A DNA stretch of 64,000 nt, taken from Desulfocapsaceae bacterium. Its GTDB lineage: Bacteria; Desulfobacterota; Desulfobulbia; Desulfobulbales; Desulfocapsaceae. The notes below the pieces were generated by a model that was given only the letters and a program-made list of their open reading frames with translations, had not been told where the DNA came from and did not search any database. Below, piece after piece: positions 57,668-64,000 of this stretch. The DNA lies in assembly GCA_046705065.1 (NCBI GenBank), contig JBJKQT010000107.1:7836-71835 (forward strand), read 5' to 3'. The translations under genes and the position numbers were made by a program. Each line of letters begins with the position of its first letter. Positions within the stretch are counted from its first letter, which is position 1.

Positions 57668-59065
57668 TTATTTGTATATGGCGTGCCCTTTTATATAGGT
57701 TTTGATCTGTTTGCCGTCGGCATCCATCAACTCGCAACGTGAATCCTTTTCCATGATGCCTGCAAGGGCTTCAGGCATTGGAGGCTTTTGGCCGATGGCC
57801 TTTTCGACGGCTTCTGCGAATTTGGCCGGATGCGCTGTCGCCAGACATACCATGGGCACATTCTTTTTCAAATTCGCAAGTCCGGCGCTAACACCTACGG
57901 CCGTATGCGGATCGAGGATATAGTCGTGGTTTTTATAAAAATCGGCAATGGTACGCAGAACCTCCTCCTCGGATACACTTTTTGCAGCGAAGTCACGCCG
58001 AATCTGATCCTGGAAGTCCGTCAGATTCAGCCGTCCTGTTGTCGTAAATTCGGCCATGGCTTCTTTGGTTCTTTCAGGCTCTTTGTCCAACAGATAAAAG
58101 AGATAGCGTTCAAAATTGGAGGCCGCCTGAATGTCCATGGACGGACTCGATGTTACGACGACTTCGCCAAGAGAATAATCACCGTTGTTGACGAACCGGG
58201 AGAGAATGTCATTGGAGTTGGTAGCCAGGACCAGATTGCGGATCATCCCTTCCGGCAGGATCTGTTTAGCGATATATCCGGCGAAAATATCGCCGAAGTT
58301 GCCTGTGGGAATGGTAAAATCAAAGGCCCTGTCGTTTTCGTCCTTCATAATGTGCAGGCCCGCATATATATAATAGACGATTTGTGCGAGGACGCGAGCC
58401 CAGTTGATGGAATTGATGGCTCCCAGATTTTGCGCCGATTTGAAGTCAATATCGTTGAAGATGGATTTGACGATGGCCTGGCCGTCGTCAAACGTCCCGC
58501 GGATCGCAATATTGAATACATTCGGATCCGTCACCGTCGTCATTTGTTTTTCCTGGATCGGACTTACCCGCTTATGGGGGTGAAGAATGAAGATATTGAT
58601 CCTTTTCTTGCCGCGAACCCCATAAATGGCGGCGCTTCCCGTATCGCCTGAAGTGGCTCCTAAAATGTTCATGACCCCATCGTTTTTCTCCAGGAGATAT
58701 TCAAAGAGATTGCCCAGGAATTGCAAGGCGATATCCTTGAAGGCAAGTGTGGGGCCATGAAAGAGTTCCAGGATATGCAGATTGCCGTGGTGGACAAGCG
58801 GAGTGATTTCCGGAGATCTGAAAACGGCATATGACCGGTTGATTAAATCACGCAGATCACTGTCGGGAATGTCGTCTATAAATCGCGACATCACCTCGAA
58901 GGCAAGCTCCTGGTAGGTCAGACTCTGCCATGAATTTGCAGTATTGTTGCCTACTCTGGGAATCGTTCGGGGCAAAAGAAGACCTCCGTCAGTGGCAAGT
59001 CCCATCATCACAGCCTGGGTAAACGGGATCGGAGTTATCCCACCTCGTGTGCTCAGATATTGCAT
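57668..59065 (-). CDS. thrC: threonine synthase
   Basis: MQYLSTRGG..., HGPTLAFKDIALQFLG (PLP lysine motif), ATSGDTGSAA. Confidence 0.9.
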   Translation of the reverse strand: MQYLSTRGGITPIPFTQAVMMGLATDGGLLLPRTIPRVGNNTANSWQSLTYQELAFEVMSRFIDDIPDSDLRDLINRSYAVFRSPEITPLVHHGNLHILELFHGPTLAFKDIALQFLGNLFEYLLEKNDGVMNILGATSGDTGSAAIYGVRGKKRINIFILHPHKRVSPIQEKQMTTVTDPNVFNIAIRGTFDDGQAIVKSIFNDIDFKSAQNLGAINSINWARVLAQIVYYIYAGLHIMKDENDRAFDFTIPTGNFGDIFAGYIAKQILPEGMIRNLVLATNSNDILSRFVNNGDYSLGEVVVTSSPSMDIQAASNFERYLFYLLDKEPERTKEAMAEFTTTGRLNLTDFQDQIRRDFAAKSVSEEEVLRTIADFYKNHDYILDPHTAVGVSAGLANLKKNVPMVCLATAHPAKFAEAVEKAIGQKPPMPEALAGIMEKDSRCELMDADGKQIKTYIKGHAIYK

Positions 59066-59191
59066 AGGTCTGTACTATTGAAGGTTATTCAGATGAGGCC
59101 GTCTCGAAAAATTGTCTTTTTTCGCCAAAATCAAATTTTTCAAGGCAACCATTAAGTTTAGGAAGGATAGTCGATAATCGGAGACCGTGTG

Positions 59192-59569
59192 TCAGATCTC
59201 TTCGAGTTCAATCCGGCGGGCATCGTGCCAGAGACCTTCCAGATTATAAAACGTTCTCTGTTCATAATAAAAGATATGAATGACAACATCGTCGAAATCA
59301 AGCAGGACCCACGTACCTTCTTGAAGGCCTTCGGTATGCGATGCTTTAATTCTTTTTGATCGAAACTCGCCTTCGATGGCCTCGGCGAGCCCTTGCACAT
59401 GCCGTGTGGATCGACCGTTCATGATGACGAAATAATCCGTAAAGGACGAAATTCCTTTGACATCAAGGATAACCAGATCTTCAGCCTTCGCATCAAGGGC
59501 GATCTTGGCACAGGCCCTGGCAAGCTCCAATCCTTCTTTGCTTTGGTATGTTTTTTTGAGTTTTTTCAT
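59192..59569 (-). CDS. rsfS: ribosome silencing factor RsfS
   Basis: AEDLVILDVKGISSFTDYFVIMNGRSTRHVQGLAEAI...WVLLDFDDVVIHIF. Confidence 0.85.
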   Translation of the reverse strand: MKKLKKTYQSKEGLELARACAKIALDAKAEDLVILDVKGISSFTDYFVIMNGRSTRHVQGLAEAIEGEFRSKRIKASHTEGLQEGTWVLLDFDDVVIHIFYYEQRTFYNLEGLWHDARRIELEEI

Positions 59570-59591
59570 TATACTTTATCTGTACAGGATA

Positions 59592-62054
59592 TCAATCGTC
59601 CTGTGATTTTGTCTTGGTCTTCCTCGGCGGGAAGTCAAAGGTGATTTTACCATTCTTTCCCAGAAGAAGGAAGGCGTCAAATGGTCTCTTTTTTTTGGAG
59701 ATGAATCCTTTGATCAACTCCGTTTTTCCTTGAGACAAGAGTTGAGAAATATGGACAGGTGCGATGTTCTTGGAGAGGATAATCTTGCTTATTTTCAGAC
59801 CTTTCTTCTCGTCTCCATCTAAAGCCGATTCGGACATGTAAGCGCCGGGCGTATCGAAGACCGGGGTTTTGTCGATGGGTGACAGACCGAGAGAAGGAGA
59901 TTTTTTAATATCTTCAAGGTTGAGATCATCTGTTGCGTCGGCAAAAATGAATTCGATTTTGCCGCTTTTCATCCTGACCGAAGCGGTGAAAGGTTTGCCT
60001 TTTTTTGATCGGAAGTCTGCAAAAGGCCCGAGAGTTTCTCCTTTGACCAGAGCCCTGATCTCCTCCGATGTCATGACTCTGCCACCCAGAACCTTGCGGA
60101 TTTTGGTTGTTCCATCCTCGGAGACATAGGCCGTCGCCGAGTCGAAAAAACGGATGCCGTCGACGGGGCTGAAGGGCGCTTCCTTTCTAGTTCCGGTGGC
60201 TTCGAAGTTTTTGATCTGGGATGTGATGTGCAGCGTCAGTTCACGTATTTCCTGCATGAATCTGGTCCTTGTGAACTCTCCCCGAAGAATCTGGTTGAGT
60301 TTGTATTCCCATTCGCCGGTCATCTCAGGGGAAGCGAGCACGTCTATATTCATGGCCTCGAGAAGGGCCAGCAGATCGAATGCTTTGCCGGTGGGGGCCA
60401 GTTCTTTGCCTTCTCTGACCACGTATTTTTCATTGATCAGCTTTTCGATGATGGCTGCCCGGGTGGCGGGGGTGCCCAATCCCCGTTCTTTCATAGCCTG
60501 GGCGAGCTCTTCATCCTCTACCAGTTTGTCAGAGTTCTCCATGGCCGACAACAACGTCGCTTCGTTGTAGCGAGGAGGCGGGACTGTTTCGGTCTCCTCT
60601 TTGTCGATCTTTCGGCAGTCCACCCGCGCTCCTTCCTTGATCGGGGCAAGAGCCTCGTCTGAGTCATCGGCTTCCGTGGCCCCGTACACCGCCTTCCAGC
60701 CGGGATCGGTCAGGATTTTGCCTTCTGTGAGAAAGGTTTCTCCTGCAACCGTGGAGATTCTCCGGGTAAGATAAAACAGGGCCGGAGGGAAGAAAACGGC
60801 AAGGAATCGCTGGACGACCATGCGGTAGATCTTCAGTTCGGGCTCGGAAAGAGAGCCCGGAATCTTGTTCGTGGGAATGATGGCATGATGATCGGAAATT
60901 TTCGCATTGTTGAAAATTCGTTTATCGGGTCGTACGTAGTTGTTTTTTAGCGCGATTTCTGCAAATTGCCCGAATTGCCAGTCTTTTTGTATGCTGAGCG
61001 CCTGTTTGACGGTGCCGATGTAGTCTTCGGGAAGATTGCGACTGTCCGTTCGCGGGTAGGTAAGGACCTTGTGCCGTTCGTACAGGGCCTGGGCGAGTGC
61101 CAAGGTGTTCTTCGCCGAGAATCCAAAACGTGAGTTGGCCTCGCGCTGCAAAGAGGTCAGATCGAAGAGTTGCGGGGCGCGCTGGCTTGACTTTTTGTTT
61201 GTATCTTCAACCGCGGCAGGTTGTCCGGTGCATTTTGCTATAATCTCTTCGGCTTTGTCGCTTTGCCAGATCCGCTCCTCTCTGCCGTCCGGATGATTCG
61301 AGTCCTTGGTAAAGTTCGGATCGATCCACTTCCCCTGGTAGGACCCGTTTGCATGGATGAAATCGGCCAACAGCAAACAGTACGGACGCGGAGTGAAATC
61401 AAGGCGTGCCCGTTCGCGTTTTACCAGCAGTGAAAGCGTCGGTGTTTGAACCCTGCCGCATGGGGTCAAAAAGAATCCCCCTCGTCGGGAATTGTATCCG
61501 GTCAGGGCTCGGGTCGCATTGATGCCGATCAGCCAATCGGATTCCGATCTGCACAAGGCGGTATCTTCAAGAGCCATCATTTCGGAATTATCGCGCAGAT
61601 GGTTCAAACCGTTCTTGATGGCTTCGTTGGTCATCGATTGCAGCCAAAGTCTGCGAAACGTTTTTTTGGCCACCGTCTGGTTCCAGACGTATTTGAGAAT
61701 GTATTTAAAGATCAGCTCGCCTTCCCTGCCGGCATCACAGGCATTGATAATCTCTTTGACATCCTGTCTTTTGATGAGTTTTTCCAAGGCGTTAAGCTGA
61801 CTTTTTGTTCCTGACAGGCCCTTGAGCGGAAAACTTTCCGGGAGAATGGGAAGATTCTCCATTTTCCACTTTTGGTATTTATGATCAATTTCTTCAGGAT
61901 AACATATAGATACGAGGTGACCTATCGCGTAGGATACAATGTATTTCTCTCCCTCGTAATGAGTTTTGCTCTTTTGAAATTTGCCGGGCAGGACTTTGAC
62001 GAGGTCGGCCGCTACGCTCGGTTTTTCAGCTATGATTAATATCTTATCAGTCAT
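59592..62054 (-). CDS. topB: type IA DNA topoisomerase (topoisomerase III-like) with C-terminal repeat domains
   Basis: Toprim start KILIIAEKPSVA, active-site region LTYPRTDSRNL, and two C-terminal repeats of the form KGKPFTASVRMKSGKIEFIF / KKRPFDAFLLLGKNGKITFDF. Confidence 0.85.
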   Translation of the reverse strand: MTDKILIIAEKPSVAADLVKVLPGKFQKSKTHYEGEKYIVSYAIGHLVSICYPEEIDHKYQKWKMENLPILPESFPLKGLSGTKSQLNALEKLIKRQDVKEIINACDAGREGELIFKYILKYVWNQTVAKKTFRRLWLQSMTNEAIKNGLNHLRDNSEMMALEDTALCRSESDWLIGINATRALTGYNSRRGGFFLTPCGRVQTPTLSLLVKRERARLDFTPRPYCLLLADFIHANGSYQGKWIDPNFTKDSNHPDGREERIWQSDKAEEIIAKCTGQPAAVEDTNKKSSQRAPQLFDLTSLQREANSRFGFSAKNTLALAQALYERHKVLTYPRTDSRNLPEDYIGTVKQALSIQKDWQFGQFAEIALKNNYVRPDKRIFNNAKISDHHAIIPTNKIPGSLSEPELKIYRMVVQRFLAVFFPPALFYLTRRISTVAGETFLTEGKILTDPGWKAVYGATEADDSDEALAPIKEGARVDCRKIDKEETETVPPPRYNEATLLSAMENSDKLVEDEELAQAMKERGLGTPATRAAIIEKLINEKYVVREGKELAPTGKAFDLLALLEAMNIDVLASPEMTGEWEYKLNQILRGEFTRTRFMQEIRELTLHITSQIKNFEATGTRKEAPFSPVDGIRFFDSATAYVSEDGTTKIRKVLGGRVMTSEEIRALVKGETLGPFADFRSKKGKPFTASVRMKSGKIEFIFADATDDLNLEDIKKSPSLGLSPIDKTPVFDTPGAYMSESALDGDEKKGLKISKIILSKNIAPVHISQLLSQGKTELIKGFISKKKRPFDAFLLLGKNGKITFDFPPRKTKTKSQDD

Positions 62055-62368
62055 AAAAACTACTGGGTTTTGGTCTTTTGGGTATTTATACGCGATAGGC
62101 TAAAATTGCCAGTGTTGTATAAGTCAGTGTCCCGTTTGTCAATCGTATTTTCGTCGGCTGCCGAACATTTTTCGGTGTCACAACATTTACGCAGGGCACA
62201 TTTCTTAATATTTTAATGTTTATTTATCAAATAGATAGAACAGGAGAATCCTTTTTGTAAATTTTTTTGTTTTTTTTATCGTTTAAGCGGCTTGAATGCA
62301 TAGATGGTTCATCCGACACCGACTTGGGGAAAAGAAGGAAGAGTGAAGGGAAATTGCGTACTTCCTTC

Positions 62369-62397
62369 TTGACAAAATAGGGCTTCTGTGTTTATGT
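62369..62397 (+). promoter_or_regulatory. candidate sigma-70 promoter for tRNA-Gly
   Basis: TTGACA at 62369-62374, a 17-nt spacer, then TTATGT at 62392-62397, about 25 nt upstream of the tRNA 5' end. Confidence 0.35.
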
Positions 62398-62422
62398 GGC
62401 TGAGTTGTGCTGGATTTACTAT

Positions 62423-62498
62423 GCGGGCATAGCTCAGTTGGTAGAGCGCAAGCTTCCCAAGCTTGAAGTCGCGAGTTCGAGCCTCGTTGCCCGCTCCA
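62423..62498 (+). tRNA. tRNA-Gly (anticodon CCC), CCA encoded
   Basis: The cloverleaf folds by hand:
- Acceptor stem GCGGGCA/TGCCCGC.
- D arm GCTC-AGTTGGTA-GAGC.
- Anticodon arm CAAGC-TTCCCAA-GCTTG.
- T arm GCGAG-TTCGAGC-CTCGT.
- 3' end TCCA. Confidence 0.9.
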
Positions 62499-62521
62499 TC
62501 CGGGACCGGCCGGATGATTTT
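62497..62521 (+). terminator. hairpin overlapping the tRNA 3' end (weak terminator candidate)
   Basis: CATCCGG-GACCGG-CCGGATG forms a 7-bp stem, followed by ATTTT. Confidence 0.3.
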
Positions 62522-62579
62522 CCGGAGGAGAGGCGGCAAGATCGCCAATCCCCGGTATACCTCCTGTATGTTGTTTGTT

Positions 62580-62620
62580 GCGGGCAGGCTTTTGAAAGTG
62601 GGCTATGCCCGCTTTTTTTT
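62580..62620 (+). terminator. rho-independent terminator downstream of tRNA-Gly
   Basis: GCGGGCA ... TGCCCGC stem, followed by an 8-T run at 62613-62620. Confidence 0.6.
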
Positions 62621-62743
62621 ATGTCTGTTCTCGGCTGGTCGGATCGACCGGAAATAGGGGCTGGAAGGGAAAAGCACATTTTTTTATGGTATCTCGTTGA
62701 AATGGAGGCGGAGCTTTAGTGAAATCTGACGGAGGGCACACAG

Positions 62744-63202
62744 GTGAATGATCTGATTGTTGAGAAAGTCCGCGCCTTTGCCGAGGAACTTTTGCCTTCC
62801 ATGGGGTTGGAGTTGTTTGATGTTCAGTTCCGCAGAGAAGGACACGGCTGGGTGTTGCGCCTCTTTATCGATCGGGAAGACGGTGTGTCTCTCGATGATT
62901 GTTCGATGGTGAGCAGGGAAATCAGTGATTATCTTGATGTTGAGGATATTATCGAACAGTCCTATCACCTTGAGGTGTCGTCACCGGGGCTTGAACGACC
63001 ACTACGCAATGTGAGCGATTTCAAACGTTTTAGTGGGAAAAAAGCCCGAGTCAAGCTTCGAGAGTCCATTGGCGGGCAGCGGGTTTTTGTCGGAATAATT
63101 TCTCGTGTACATGATAATAACAGAATCGAACTGATCCTTGAGAATGAGGAACCGCTTACGTTTTCCTATGAGATGGTCCGTACGGCTAGGCTGTCGCTGT
63201 GA
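62744..63202 (+). CDS. rimP: ribosome maturation factor RimP
   Basis: GTG start with a GGAGGG RBS. GLELFDVQFRREGHGWVLRLFIDRE.GVSLDDC..VSREISD.LD and LEVSSPGLERPL. Confidence 0.85.
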   Translation: MNDLIVEKVRAFAEELLPSMGLELFDVQFRREGHGWVLRLFIDREDGVSLDDCSMVSREISDYLDVEDIIEQSYHLEVSSPGLERPLRNVSDFKRFSGKKARVKLRESIGGQRVFVGIISRVHDNNRIELILENEEPLTFSYEMVRTARLSL

Positions 63203-63286
63203 AAAGGCGAGCGAATGATGTGGAGTAACGAGGTGACGACGTATATTCGAACCGTGAGGACGGAATAATAAAGGTGGGGTAAGACA

Positions 63287-64000
63287 ATGTTATCAGATCT
63301 GAAACGCATAATCGACCAGATCAGCAGGGATCGTGGGTTTGACAAGAGATTACTGATCGAGGCTATTGAAGAAGCGGTCCAGTCTGCCGCCAGGAAAAAA
63401 CTGGGAAGCCGGCGCGATATCGAAGTCCGCTATAACGAAGAGTACGGAGAGGTCGAGGTCTTTCAGTTTCGAAGTGTCGTCGAAGAAGCAGAAGATGAAC
63501 AGACTGAAATTTCACTCGCCGACGCCAAAGTCCTCGATCCTGAGGTGCAGTTAGGCGACGAACTTGGCGAAAAGATGGAAAATATAGAAGATCTCGGTCG
63601 AATTGCTGCCCAATCCGCCAAGCAGGTCATCATTCATAAAATGAAAGATGCCGAAAGAGATGTCATCTTTGAGATGTTTAAAGATCGACTGGGGGAGGTT
63701 GTAAGTGGCATCGTCCAGCGTTTCGAACGGGGCAACATGATCGTCAATCTTGGACGGACGGATGCGATTCTTCCCAAAGACCAGCAAATACCGAAACGAT
63801 CGTTCAAGCAGGGCGACAGGATACGTGCCTATCTCTTAGAGGTTAAACAGAGCAGCAGGGATTCGCAATTAATGCTGTCACGGACATGCGATGAGTTTCT
63901 TGCCAAGCTGTTTCAATTGGAGGTCCCTGAGATTTCCGAAGGCATTGTCAAGATTATGGGGGTAAGCCGTGAACCCGGCTTCAGGGCCAAGATTGCGGTT
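63287..64000 (+). CDS. nusA: transcription termination/antitermination factor NusA (5' part; runs off the window)
   Basis: The frame is open from ATG 63287 to the window end: MLSDLKRIIDQISRDRGFDKRLLIEAIEEAV...GRIAAQSAKQVIIHKMKDAERD...GIVQRFERGNMIVNLG. It is missing from the ORF track because no stop lies inside the window. Confidence 0.9.
   Translation, partial: MLSDLKRIIDQISRDRGFDKRLLIEAIEEAVQSAARKKLGSRRDIEVRYNEEYGEVEVFQFRSVVEEAEDEQTEISLADAKVLDPEVQLGDELGEKMENIEDLGRIAAQSAKQVIIHKMKDAERDVIFEMFKDRLGEVVSGIVQRFERGNMIVNLGRTDAILPKDQQIPKRSFKQGDRIRAYLLEVKQSSRDSQLMLSRTCDEFLAKLFQLEVPEISEGIVKIMGVSREPGFRAKIAV

Noticed and set aside
62580-62612. The terminator stem GCGGGCA/TGCCCGC, identical to the tRNA-Gly acceptor stem, as a possible att-site duplication or tRNA remnant.
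   Set aside because: Only about 8 nt (TGCCCGCT) are shared with the tRNA 3' end, and no integrase or foreign genes lie between or beside them. It is most simply a coincidental GC-rich terminator stem.
1-64000. CRISPR arrays, rRNA genes, IS elements, integrons and toxin-antitoxin pairs.
   Set aside because: I saw no regularly spaced direct repeats, rRNA-like conserved stretches, transposase or integrase ORFs, or small adjacent two-gene cassettes of that type while reading either strand.

Overview
The window reads as a chromosomal, mostly housekeeping segment of an anaerobic, Desulfobacterota-like bacterium. That lineage call is an inference from gene content only. I saw no rRNA, CRISPR array, integrase or transposase.

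Recognisable genes:
- Core functions: serA, fabL, maf, mutL-(3D-domain gene)-trmFO, fbp, wrbA, two tandem tatA, mtaD-PNP-thrC, rsfS, topB, tRNA-Gly(CCC), rimP and a partial nusA.
- A ubiB-like kinase, 2-phosphoglycerate-kinase-like gene and archaeal-type apgM cluster.
- A pstS-phoU-pstC-pstA-pstB-pstB phosphate operon.
- An NMT1/THI5-type ABC importer.
- A three-gene split (archaeal-type) glutamate synthase.

Candidates for something new, best first:
1. A tightly coupled same-strand operon at 12.3-18.5 kb, directly after an EPS-priming sugar transferase. It encodes a 1129-aa HEAT-repeat / cNMP-binding-like / PilZ protein, a stand-alone paralog of that protein's C-terminal cNMP-like+PilZ module, and a T7-gp4/Twinkle-like protein (zinc finger, primase core/Toprim, DnaB-type helicase domain). 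No mobile-element genes flank it.
2. A pstB pair whose ATPase motifs are degenerate in a complementary way, predicting one consensus and one degenerate ATP site. It sits with a PhoU fused to a degenerate LMW-phosphatase/ArsC-like domain.
3. A lower-GC minus-strand operon at 38.2-42.8 kb: a small helical protein, a zinc-ribbon/HAMP-only membrane protein, an orphan PhnD-like binding protein and a Cache/HAMP chemoreceptor. A near-consensus sigma-54 promoter and a 37-bp palindrome precede it. About 1.1 kb of ORF-free DNA with decayed-gene character borders it.

All calls rest on reading the translated ORFs and motifs by eye. No searches or alignments were run.
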